Shown: piece by piece, positions 52,591 through 64,000 of the stretch
Layout of the letters: the number at the start of each line of letters is the position of its first letter
How positions within the stretch are numbered: the stretch's first letter is position 1
NCBI GenBank assembly: GCA_040954595.2
Contig: CM082593.2
Span: 8,158,043 to 8,222,042, forward strand
DNA: 64,000 bases
Direction of reading: 5' to 3'
Source: Balanoglossus misakiensis
Taxonomy: Eukaryota > Animalia > Hemichordata
Program-made: the position numbers and the translations under genes
The notes under the pieces: generated by a model
What the model was told of the DNA's origin: nothing
What the model saw: the letters and a program-made list of their open reading frames with translations, nothing else
The model's database searches: none

Positions 52591-53876
52591 TTGTTTTGTG
52601 TATCTACTGCAGTTTCTTTTTTCTAATCCCTGTAACGTGATGAAATACCCAGAATTTAGTTTATATGTGTGTATAGTCATCACTGTTATTATGCAAAATT
52701 TGAATTCAAATCAGGCCTACAATTCATTTGTCAACAATAACAATGGCCGTTACACGCAAGTGGAGTACAGGGTATATTAGCATGTTGTTTGGAGAAGAGC
52801 AAGAAATTGCATTTTGTACACAGAACAAGAATACAATGCACTATTTTATGTTCTCTGGCAACTTCCACAGGGTTTAATAATATCTTCTCTATTCAATCTG
52901 TATGTTATGAGAGCTGATATAACAAGCCCTATGATTGGATGATGCCCTGGGGATGGCAACACTTCTCCTTTGACATACTGTACCCTTGTTTCTGTTCTTC
53001 AAGTATTCTAGGGACTTCCATTATCAGTTTGGTTTTATCTGGGTTTGGATTTTTGAAACTTCTGAGGGGGATGTCGCATTAGGAAAACATAAATCCCAGC
53101 GGAATATAATGTCATCATTTGCAAAAAAATGGGAGTTAAAAAATTAAATGAAACTAACTTTCTGCAAATTCTTCCCCTAACAAAAACATAGGGACATCAG
53201 TTACTTTTCTGAAAGTTAACCAATGAACCAGGGATGCATTACAAATACGTGACATTTGGGACATTTCAGCCAGTCAAATTGTTCCACTACATATTCAACC
53301 TCCTTTGGAAACTAACTACTTCAGTACTTGTGTGTGTGTAGTGAAAGGAAAACGTGACAATGGTCTAAATGTGAGGTTGATATGCAAAGTGCAGCCAACA
53401 TTCTACAGCTCAAACACTCTATAGATGATGAGAAATCTATGCAGTGGTCCTGACATTGCAATCATTAACAATATTACCTCAATTTATCTCAAACCACAAG
53501 TTTATTTTGTCTTCACGTTACTTTGTGGTGATTGCTTCACTGTAACAGATGAAGTCAGCAAAAGTAATTATTAAGGGGGAAAATCAGTTTGTGATTAATT
53601 AACAATGGAATAGAAGTCAACAACTTACAAGTAATTAAATTTGACATCACCGTTGATTTTAATTTGGCTCCCTGGTAAGATGGTTAATGAAGCTAGCCTG
53701 GGCTACAAAAACAAGTCATTGTCAATGACATAGTCCCCACTGGATAAAGAGCATTGGAGGAAAAGCAAGGAAGCATGAAATCAGTCAACACATCTGCAAA
53801 ATGGCTCTGATTGTGATTCAGAATGTGGACCTGGAGCATATCAAGAAAAAAATGTACATGTACATCCGGCAGTCTA

Positions 53877-54233
53877 TTAAAGGGGAAGTTCGGTCCAGCT
53901 GATTTCTACATAATTTGGTAGCTTTGAGGTCACTCTTTCAGAAAGAAAAAAAACATTTTCGCCATGAATAAGTCGCGCGATTTTTTAAAAAAACGGGAGA
54001 AATTTAGCAGAATTTCCAATATGGCGTTTACTGTAATTTGAATCATGGGAAAAAAGCGCCAGGACCAACTTCCGCCCAACTTGGTATGGGTGATACCATT
54101 TTCCAATTGGTGTCACTGGGTGACAGTTACACCAATTGGAAATTCTGCCATCTTTCCCTCGATTTTTTTTTTAATTGCGTGACTTATACATGGCGAATAT
54201 GTAGAAATCAGCTGGACTGAACTTCCCCTTTAA
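53877..54233. mobile_element. TTAA MITE with ~29-bp TIRs
   Basis: ttaa-aggggaagttcggtccagctgatttctaca ... tgtagaaatcagctggactgaacttcccct-ttaa. Confidence 0.88.
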
Positions 54234-54864
54234 GGAGTGACCACTTCAATCCAATTATTACAACTTTACCACCTAGCTTAGTGACAAAAATCACCAGAGC
54301 TCGTTTTAAGTTTGCCAGACTCCTTGATGTTGAATCTTCACAAATGGGAAATCAGTGGTGAACAAGTTCAAAAAGTTTCTACTGAAACGAGTTTATTATA
54401 TTGTCTGTACATACAGAAGGCAGAAAATGCAATTTGGAAAAAAAATGAATAACTAGAAAGTCACTCAATTTCTTCAGAAATGCGGTATGCTTATAGTCAA
54501 TTATTCTATTGAATTACATCTTCTAACAGTGGCCAATATTTCAGTTGAAATGAAAGAAAATGGATAATTGATTTACTCAACATTGCTTACTATGTTTTCT
54601 TTTATCAGTGAAGTGATTAGCTGTCAACACTTACTTGACATAATGCAACATTTGAAAATGTCACCGACTTACAGTCAAAGGAAACGTGTAATTAAATCAA
54701 CCTACAATTTTCCTCAGCAAACATGATGCCTATTTAGGTCAATATAAGGTAGAACTCCAACATGAGGCAAAACCCTGCCATAGAAACTATTCTCCATGAC
54801 TGGATTTCTATTAAACATACACTGATCACATCAAAGTTATTATCTTCTATCTTTTTTTTTCAGC

Positions 54865-55022
54865 TACAGTCAAACCTCTGTTAGTGGCCACCTCTATATA
54901 GTGGCCACTTTGTTACAGTCCCTGTGCAATTCAGATGTGCGTTAATTACCTGTCTAATAAAGGCCACCTGTCTATAAAGGCCAGTTTAGGAAAGTCCCTT
55001 GACTGGCCACTATACACAGGTT
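54865..55022 (+). mobile_element. pogo/Tigger-like MITE remnant
   Basis: ta-cagtcaaacctctgttagtggccacc, repeated ggccacc motifs, ends ...ggccactatacacaggtt; right terminus degraded. Confidence 0.65.
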
Positions 55023-55307
55023 CAGGCCAGTTTAATTGTTCTGTTTATTGATACATGCTGAATCATTTGCAATTGAATACTGTCATTTCACATCACCACT
55101 GACAGCTCTACTCACAGTTTTGATGAAAACTTCACTTACATTTGACACTTTTCAAGTATCAACTCAACTCATTCATGCAATGACAACTTCACTCACAATC
55201 CATCAGAGATGCTCCACACAATGGGTTACAGTTTTTGGCTATGTACCATTAATTATGCCATAACGACCATATTATGCAATAAAGAGAATAATATAATTTC
55301 TTCAAGA

Positions 55308-55650
55308 AAAACATAGCGTCAAGGACATTGACACTGCGGTCCCATTTGCAATTACACAGAAATATGTATACACCAGAATTATAATCACAGGTGACATTGG
55401 CAAGCAGATATGACCTAACTATACATAAATATGGAAATGTAAAAAAAAAATTAACTATAGGCCAATCAAGTGTCATGGCAATCTTAGAAGCAGTGCTAGA
55501 AAAATTGATATTTGACTAAAAATTGTCTGTACAAAACACATATGACAAGCAACTTCTTTTAATTAGCCTTGGGACAGATAGACAGACAGACAGACGCAAC
55601 TGATTCCATAAGGTCCCATGGTATATATATACATACCAAATGGGACCTAA
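55308..55650 (-). mobile_element. Second HINE/DINE-like family, short apparently complete copy
   Basis: Minus strand: head hairpin AGGTCCCAT..ATGGGACCT, (CTGT)n microsatellite, 3' subTIR AAATGGGACC plus short stem-loop, T-rich flanks. Confidence 0.72.
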
Positions 55651-56876
55651 CAATACCAGTGTCTACAAGAAATAATATCAAGAGGCTGTATAAACTTTGT
55701 AGATCAAGTGATCTTAACAAATGAATTACTTTTAAACTTATATGTAATACGCCAAATGAACTAGCATTTATGAAAGCAGTAACTTTTATGAACATTTGGC
55801 ATCTCCTTTGATTTTATATTATAGTCAGATAATTTCTGTGATGTGCTTTGAAAAGTCAAGATGTGACTTCATTCAAACACAAGACAACATATCTGCAAAT
55901 CTCAATATGATACATACAGTAATCATAATTTTATTTCAATAACGCCCCAACCCCGTGAAAAAATGCCAACAGCAAAATATGCAGAGAATGGGTGGCATAG
56001 AAAATGTGCGCTGCTATTTGCAGGGTCCAATGAATTGGTTTTGTTAAAGACTAGCCCCGGTCTAATATCAACTTTCAACAAGCCTGTCATCAAACTTAGG
56101 TCGGGATTAAAATTGGCATGTGATCTTTGGATTTTTTTGTTGAAAATCACGATTTGTAGCTGTGCATGAGACTTCAAAGGGCCGATTTTCAACATAGAAC
56201 TGGACCTCGTTAACAAATACCACATACAGACCCTGGCTGTTTGAAGTATTGCCCTCAATGACTAAAACAGGAATACGAAAGCCATAAAAATAATCTAACT
56301 GGTGTCATTTATTATGGAGTCTGCATTCCACTGGAAGTGTATGACCGCAATAAAATTCTGCGGACTGGGGATGATGAATCTTGCGCGTTTGCTCAGCTGA
56401 ATTTGACTGTACACTTTGCAATCAGCAAATTGAAGATGTCAACAAACAGCGGTCGATTGCACGCGTATCAGTCACCCTTGTATCTGAGATTTCGACATGA
56501 AAATCGTCTCATCATTATGAGATAGGGACCCTTCAAAGCCGTGTTAACACCGTGACTTATATGTACACACGTATACTAAGAGTAAATAAAAAAGTATGTC
56601 ACTGTCCGATTATTTATCTTTTTGATGACTTCCACCCCAAACCACGGCCGTCCCCGAGGACAATTTCGAGTCAATTTCATTGAATGTCAAGTCAATTTCT
56701 GGTCACCGGTTTACGAGGTCATAAATCGCAGCAGGTTGTGCATCATGACACTATCTGTTGACATTAAAACTAATTTTAAATACTCAAAGTTTTTTAATAA
56801 TCTGAAGTGGCGATCTTGTTAAGTTGTCTGGCGTGTTTATATACGATCGAAACATTGGATTAAAATGCAAACTTAC

Positions 56877-57208
56877 TTATGTGATTTGATAACTCGTTTG
56901 AGCTGGCTTTTCCCTTGCTGTTGAGCAGATTCCGCGGATATTCCCAAACGTTTTTGTTTTTTGTTCGGATGACCGATTACACCCGCTTGTTGTTGTTGAT
57001 GTTGAAGCTGCATTGCCTGTTGGTCTCGCAAAGCCTGCGTGGCCGGTCTGATCACTGACCGGTACTTGTCCAGTTCATTTTGCAGACGCTGTATGAGTTC
57101 ATCTTTCTCGTCTAATTCCAACTCCAGCTCGTCGATGAGCTCATCCCTCTGTCGCAACTCCTCGATTTTCTCTTGCAGCGCGTACTGCAGATCTCGTAGA
57201 GTGCCCAT
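56877..57208 (-). CDS. PRKG1: PKG exon 1: Ibeta-type leucine zipper and autoinhibitory segment
   Basis: [58 protein letters not shown]...KRLGISAES...VIKSH; GCG-ATG-G start context; donor AA|GTAAGT, phase 2, 332 nt. Confidence 0.95.
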
Positions 57209-58170
57209 CGCAGCGACCCAAGAAAGCACGGGGAGACGGGGAGGAGACACACAGCAGCGACCGTAGTAGCAAACGCCCGATAGACACAATCCACAGACAC
57301 CGTAGTATCCAAGAGACTTTCTCATCCCATCACTGGCTCCCGGGTTGTGTTTCATTAATTCAAACCAGGTATATTCCAGACGATTCCATCTTAACGCTGC
57401 GTCTTAAGTTTTCTTACGCGATTCTTACACACATGAACAAACCGGGCACTATGTATAGTACCAAACTGAATGCGGCGATCGCTGAATGTGTTTCCCGATG
57501 ACACGCCTTTTTGTATCCTTGCCGTGTGATCCTCTCGAGTGATTTGCGAAGATGGTAGGCCAACTGGACAAGGCAATCAAGCGCACGATTTAAGGCACTA
57601 CCAGGTTTCCCTCACAAGGTAATTCTACCCAACTCTTCGTCTTCGCACGCTTAAACGCAACTGAAAACGCGGATAACTTTAATATAAATACCGTTATTGC
57701 AAATACCGGTACTTTAATGTAGCTGGCAATTCCAACAACTGCCATCACTCCCCCATCGGAGGAACTCAGTCCAAAAATACACTATTTTGGAATCGATTTC
57801 ACCTGGCTCACTCTACACGTTTATCGGATGTTTCTCCTCGAAGTATTATCGATTCATTTCCGGACAAAAATAGCAGTCTAGATGTGGCATCGCACATTTG
57901 TCGCCACATTTGTAAAACTTCGTCGCATTGCACTGAATACGACAACTGGCTATAACATTAAAAAGCTATGTACACGGCTATAATCGCGGGGACAACAATT
58001 CCTTATTATATTCGCCGCACGGAGCTGAGACAATTATAGCGACTCGGTCGCCATGGAAACCCGCGTTTCAGAAAACCGCGGCACAGTGGCGGACTTGCAG
58101 CGAAGCGATAGCCACCAAATGCGTTCTAAATATACGTATATACGTACAGAATGCATCGCGAGATTTTGAA
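57209..58170 (-). promoter_or_regulatory. CpG-enriched 5' leader/promoter region of the PKG gene
   Basis: Visibly more CG/CGCG than the intronic background, directly upstream of exon 1; TSS cannot be placed. Confidence 0.55.
58047..58060. promoter_or_regulatory. RFX X-box-like motif
   Basis: GTCGCCATGGAAAC fits GTHNYY-AT-RRNAAC, about 840 bp upstream of the ATG. Confidence 0.5.
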
Positions 58171-60392
58171 AAACCAACCAAAAACATCAACTTCCTCAAG
58201 ATCTTCTATGCAATCACATTCACAATATCTCAGCCTTGATGCTTACAGTTCTTCTAAATGCATGGATTCACGAGCAGAAATTTAACATGTAAACTGAGGC
58301 AATGAAAAGAGAAACTGGTTATTTATTTCACTTGTCTTCTAGTTTGATGATAATGAAGTAGCATTTATTGTTCAGCTTTATTTGATTACAAAGCATCAAT
58401 AATATCAACTTATGTACAATGTCCGCAAACTGGCCTTGACCAGAATACATAATCTTCCAGTAGTCATCCCCACAAATATACGGTAGACTTCACCCAGACA
58501 GTTATTGTCCATTTCAACACATCTTCGAGAAAGTCTTTGACAGTGTCAAAAATAAACTGACAAGAGAGGTCAGATTGAGCCAGTACAGATAAACACACGA
58601 AACTTGCTAAAGTGTTCACATAGAGAGTACTGTGACAGAATTTCACACCGAGGGCACTAATCAAATAAACAGTTTTCTCTGGAGGATTTCTAGTTTGAAG
58701 ACTACTGTGTAACAGTCATGCTGACTTTGGAGACAAAAAGTTAAATGTCCCAATTTTTAGGGAAATATCACTTTTTTGGATGCATGTATTTCTGAAAATC
58801 AGCTTGCGCATGTTTGTTTGGTGGTGCTCTTTTTTTCGCGTGTGCCACCCACTGAAAATCTGTGACTGGCTGAATCTCAATTTGCCATGGTAACTATAGG
58901 TTATTTTCCATAGGTGACCGTATACCTTGAACCACCAAACTGAAAATTCCAGCGAGTGTTGTTATGTAGGAAGTGAATGTTACTATACATACTGCCAGCA
59001 AAATTAGCCACTGCAAAATATAATCTCAGAATTCCTAAGTTGTAAATGATACTTGTAAAGCAATATGATGGTACAAGAGTGAAAAGGCATGAGAGAATGA
59101 TAGGAATTTGTTATTGATTGAGTCACTGTTCAAATGGTTTCAATGGGTGGCCCATGGAAAAACATTGCCAGACTCTGATGATAGCCACATGTCTGGTATT
59201 GAGCCAAACTGATAATCATCAAATCAATGGGACATTTCAGACTCTGCATATCCGGGGTAAAGTTTGTGTTTGTAACAGCGGAAGTGTGTGTTCCAAATAT
59301 AACATCTTCAAGTTATTTTTTGTCCAATGTGAACCGTCGAGAAGTTGAGCTGGCACTGGGATTGGAGTCAGACTATCATTACGACTGACCTTTCACTCAA
59401 AGAGAGATGCCTAACTGGTACATATCATTACATATAAAAACTTCATGTGTTCACAGTAGAAGTTGACCTTGATTGACCTTCACTGAAGTGATCTAAGTTC
59501 ATCTCTGGGTTGACCTTGACTGACCCTGACTGAGGTGATCCCCACAGACATGAGACACAGTGGCCTGATGTATACTATAGAGGACGGATGTTTACATGTT
59601 TATACAACATCATGACTATTGCATAACATGTCTGACCTCTTTTTCCTCCCTGACTATTATGATGTAACAGAGAAAGTGACTTAACTATTTGATTTGTTTT
59701 CACAAGTATCTCATCTCCCTACAGATGACAAACTTATGAATTTTATCTGCCTTCCTATCTCTCAGCCCACTATTCAAACACAATGATCATACTGTTATTT
59801 GCATAATACATCACCATCTAAGTTTTTTTTTGTATTAACATTTAACATCGTCCACTTCAGCTGGTATTTGCTGTGAACTAAAACAAGTCTGAGATCTAAT
59901 CATTTTGACAGCATTATCACAAACAGTTTTTCAAGTGGCCAGACAGCTCGTCTGCTCTACCTGACATCATCTTCATTATTGGATCGGAGGACAGTCAAAA
60001 TGAGAAAATTATTTGTTTTGTTTTGTTTGATTTCGGACGCTGATTTTATAATCCAAATATCAACCAAAGAGTTTTCAATCTGACAAAAAAACCCACCTCA
60101 ATCGAATAGTTTGCAAAATCTATAGGTACAGCAAAAATAATCTGGATAGCCAACTAGTCTGTTTCATTCAAGTCATAATGAATCTTTAAATACTACAGGG
60201 GTGCACTATAACAGTATTTTTAAAGAGTCTACAATATGTCGTGTAGAAGGTGCAAGAAATAATGCCGTATACTGAGATGTATTGCTTTACATTAGTGATA
60301 CAATTTATGATACCTGCCATGTGTGGTGTGTAATCGCATTGAAATTGTGTGAAGTTAAGGGAGCCCATAGTGCGATCGGCACTCATCTCTGG

Positions 60393-60560
60393 CAGTGTTT
60401 TTGTTAAGGGCGGTACCTAGGTAAAATCTACCAGAGTTCCCGAGTCATTTTACCGGGGTTCCCCTGGGTGTATCAATGTAGTTATATTAGGGGGTTGTAG
60501 AAATGTTACCGGGGTTCCCAAATCCATTACCAATGTTTCCCAACCTTAGCAAAAACACTG
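60393..60560. mobile_element. Possible hAT-like MITE
   Basis: cagtgttttttgttaagg / ccttagcaaaaacactg inverted ends; no clean 8-bp TSD. Confidence 0.45.
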
Positions 60561-61513
60561 TCTGGGTAGCATGCATACACGCAATGCATTGTGGAACTGG
60601 TATTCAAAGGACACATGTTACATGTAGCTATGCGGAGAATGCTGATTTGATATAACCATGATGATTGGTCTGTCACTTTTGTGGTTACACACACATGCTT
60701 AGGAGGATATTACCCTAGTCGTTTACGTACCAGACCTACATACCATATGTGACGAGTTAAGTCAGACATCAACACTCCCTCGCAATCAAAAATGAAACAG
60801 ATGTTTTATTACAACAGGTGTGTCTCTGCAGTATCATTCACACATTCACTGAGAATGATGGTTCATGCGCTCAAAATCGCTAAATTTCCAAGCTTTCCAA
60901 GGAGTATTTCCATTTATTTTCCAGGCATTGAGGTCAAAATCACCCTTTCTAAAGGTGCTCGTGCAGTATTGTGTCAATTTAAAAAATATTTCACTATTTT
61001 CCAGGAGCGAATTCCAGCAAAAAGAATAGAAACGTAGGTCCAACACTTTTACCCTCAAATAGTTCATATTTTACTGACACAAGAATCTGAGCTGTCTTCA
61101 GCAAAGAATCCCTGTTTTGCATTCAACTGCAGACACGCATCTCCTGAATTCCTGTGTAAACATATTTATGGGCATGTGACATGATTAATCACTATTGCAA
61201 AGCTTTTGATCAGTTTTCTATGGGAGACTGGAAAGCCCCAAACTAATCAAACATAGCTGCGATTTAGTCAAGCATATACCATGGTGGCTATAAAGTCTGT
61301 CCAACTGAACCAATACATTATGTCACTACAGACCAAAATTACCGTGACTTGAAAAGCCAGATGTATCTCTGAAGACCCACTCTCTCTGTTTAAAAACATA
61401 CGTCAATTTTCCACTCGCGATATTTTGCTCTCATTGTCTGTAAAAATGTTTGTGTTCTGGGAAGCCAAAGAAAATGTCATAGAGGCACCTTGGAACTGTA
61501 CCAGAGTTTCCCT

Positions 61514-61872
61514 TTAAAGGGATAAATTCTCTCTCTCGCTGCCCTTTTTTCATTAATTATTTTTGATACAAGACACCGTTTATGTTATTCTACATGTGGA
61601 TATAAAGTGAATCAATGTTCGACCACACACAACTTCCATCCTGTTTGTAGGATATGAGAGTAAAAATCTCACCAAAATGAATAAATGGTAGAGACCGATC
61701 GTTCATTTTGGCGAGTTTTTTTCTCTCGTGTCTATAAACGGGAGGGAAGTTGTGTGTGGTCGAATATTGATTCACTATATATCCACATGAAGAATAACAT
61801 AAACAGTGTCTTGTATCAAACATAATTAATGGAAAAAGGGCAGCGAGAGAGAGAGAGACTTTGTCCCTTTAA
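61514..61872. mobile_element. Family A TTAA MITE
   Basis: Same TIRs and TTAA flanks. Confidence 0.92.
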
Positions 61873-64000
61873 TATAGGCTGCCAATTACATGTAAAAAAT
61901 TGTGTAGGTGTTCTTATCCCAGCAATACTATCATGTTCTCAGCAAACAGAACAGGATTACAACACGTCTTCAATCATTCATTTTTGAAAACTTTAATCTC
62001 ACGTAGATCTCTTTCTGAGTAATGTCACACTGGTTTATTTGGAAAGAGTTGATAAACAAACATGAGAAGATCTGTAAAGCCTCACTAAATCATTCACCAG
62101 GTATGAACAATAAATTTACTCTGCTGGCCTGAACCAAAAGTTTCAATATTGACTTTGTCTATGCCTGGTGATTTAATACAACCTGTGTTTAAGTTTATAT
62201 CAATGCCTAGTTCCCTCATTCTATAGTACAAGATTTATTGCAAGAAGCCCCTTTCCAGGTTCTGTAAAGATTTTGACTATAAAGAGGAGACAAGGATTCC
62301 TGGAAAACTAACAAATCCAGGACCGATATTGATGAATAATAACGAAACACATTTTTTAAAGATCAGACAGGGTAGGAGTTCAAATATAGAGGGGGATATA
62401 TGTTTACTTTAGCTATCCAAGGTTTATTAATTTCTCATGTGTCAATAAAAGTCAAACATTGGATAAAGATGTTGACAGATGAACTATAATATTGCAAGTC
62501 ATTCTGTCATTAAATATAGGACTGGATGTGAAGTAGTACTTTACATGGTACATATCAAACAATATGATACATTTAGAGTGAACAATAAAATCAAAACTCT
62601 GTAATAAATGGGAAGTATACTGAACAATATGATTCATCAAGATATTATTGTATACATGTATTACCAGGTTCACACAGGGTAAAATTTGAGACACTGTTTG
62701 CCTATGGTAAAAACAGAGCATTGATCCGTTGAGTCGTATTGTGTCCACACACACAAAGTTTATGTATAGGCGATGAGGCTCGGCCCCATAGACATGGGTT
62801 GCGGAGCGATGTTAATCCTTACACTGGCTATTAAAGGTCTGGATGGCAAAGTCGTCTCAAATCTGAGCCATTTCAGGACCTCTCGAACCGTTCACACATA
62901 ATAATTTACGCCAGTATTTGATCTGAGAAGCTTCAGAAACGTCTTAATGGTGTGTGTGTGTGTGACCCCCATATATATAATTTTATTGCAAATTCCATAA
63001 AACAACACTTGGTCATGATAAATTTTCTCCAAGCTGACTCAGTGGTTACAAGTTTTCAATCTTAGAATTCATTGATAAATATATGGTGACCGTGCAACAG
63101 AAATTATAGGCAGCTAGCTTTCAAAACAAACTGTGTCAGAAATAACAAGAATCATTCTCACTTCAAATAAAAATTGCTGTTCCATAACATAGCAATTTTG
63201 CTTCTTACGAGCAATAGCACACAGGATTCAAATTGATAAGAACAATTAATTTTATGGTCTTGTTTTCAAATGACATTCTCTCGCAATCTGTTTTATATCA
63301 GCGTTGGCCAGCAATTGGCTGTGAAAGATATGTTGAAGTTGACCCAGTGTTTGTTAAAGAAATCTTGAACATGATTGACTGTTTGCCTGGGGCAATGAAA
63401 CAACAGAGGAACATGCAATACAAAGCACAAGTTTGTTACCAGTTTACTTTTGCTCACATAAAAGATTTATACAAAAGAAATTCTCAATAGAAGACTGACA
63501 ATTTCTTATTTATCTCTATGTGTGTAATGGTGTATATTCAACTGCTTTCCTGGAAAGGTGTGGTCATTATTTTCAACTTTCTGTATCAATTTCTGATAAA
63601 TTTAGATGTATTCATGTCATTTCTACATGTTTTCACCTTCATATCAAATGAAGTAATAGTGAATACTTAAAAAGCACTCTATCCACCTTGATTTTATATT
63701 GTAATTTTCTCTGTCTAATATTAGACGCTTCTCCTTGCAATGTAGTCATCACAGCCAGCACAAACAGCTCAACTCTGGACTGACATTTCAAATAAGGCTA
63801 GATATTATCTGATTTTTTCCCCCTGCGACTGTCTGGATCAAGCAGCTTACAATGATCCATGGAACCCTTTTTTCTGTGATATCAGGACAGTACTGATGTA
63901 ATCAAACCAATTGAATTTCATTTGTTTACTTCCCTTGAAAACGTTTGCATCTAAAATATCTACTATGTATCAATCACGTTTGTTCTAATTAGTCAACTCA

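Larger units (their letters stand above)
47698..52877 (-). mobile_element. Family C MITE split by the HINE array (pieces 47698-47743 and ~52590-52877)
   Basis: Rejoined flanks ...atgttttcagtattttt|tgttttgtgtatctactgcagtttc... match the reverse complement of 17821-18174; TTAA at both outer ends. Confidence 0.85.
23..57208 (-). other. PRKG1: cGMP-dependent protein kinase (PKG-I-like) gene, coding exons 1-11; 3' part lies beyond the left edge
   Basis: 11 exons with GT-AG sites and compatible phases join into 1334 nt of open frame: leucine zipper, pseudosubstrate [12 protein letters not shown] ([14 protein letters not shown]), CNB-B (FGEKAL..EDVR), kinase P-loop LGVGGFGRV and FALK lysine. Confidence 0.97.

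Noticed and set aside
57039-57312. Ser-rich antisense and alternative-frame ORFs over exon 1
   Set aside because: Shadows of the Glu/Leu-rich zipper codons.
59461-59540. Short duplicated tgaccttgac motifs as a receptor element
   Set aside because: Irregular spacing; probably a degenerate repeat fragment.
62760-62945. GC-richer upstream patch as a PKG-Ialpha-type exon
   Set aside because: All three minus-strand frames are interrupted by stops; no coiled-coil pattern.

Overview
AT-rich animal genomic DNA, probably a marine invertebrate (an invertebrate deuterostome such as a hemichordate is a guess). It holds the 5' two-thirds of a minus-strand cGMP-dependent protein kinase gene (PRKG1/PKG-I-like). 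I traced 11 GT-AG coding exons by hand, from a PKG-Ibeta-type leucine-zipper first exon (57208-56877) through both cyclic-nucleotide-binding (CNB) domains into the kinase N-lobe (exon 11, 162-23). They join in one frame (1334 nt), and the gene continues past the left edge. The introns (intron 1 ~31.4 kb, intron 2 ~14.1 kb) carry many non-autonomous DNA transposons with TTAA, TA, TTA and 9-bp target-site duplications (TSDs), plus Helentron-type (HINE/DINE-like) elements. Highlights: (1) a three-level nested rolling-circle-type array at 47.7-52.9 kb whose head and tail subterminal repeats co-vary; (2) paralogue evidence that the abundant TACATGTA motif arises by CATGTA insertion at TA, like a Tc1/mariner excision footprint; (3) a CNB-B domain lacking the PKG-I cGMP-selectivity residues; (4) RFX X-box-like motifs and uORFs at the 5' end. 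Nearly all ORFs in the supplied track are spurious. No RNA genes or CRISPR arrays were seen. Human PKG comparisons are from memory and need an alignment.
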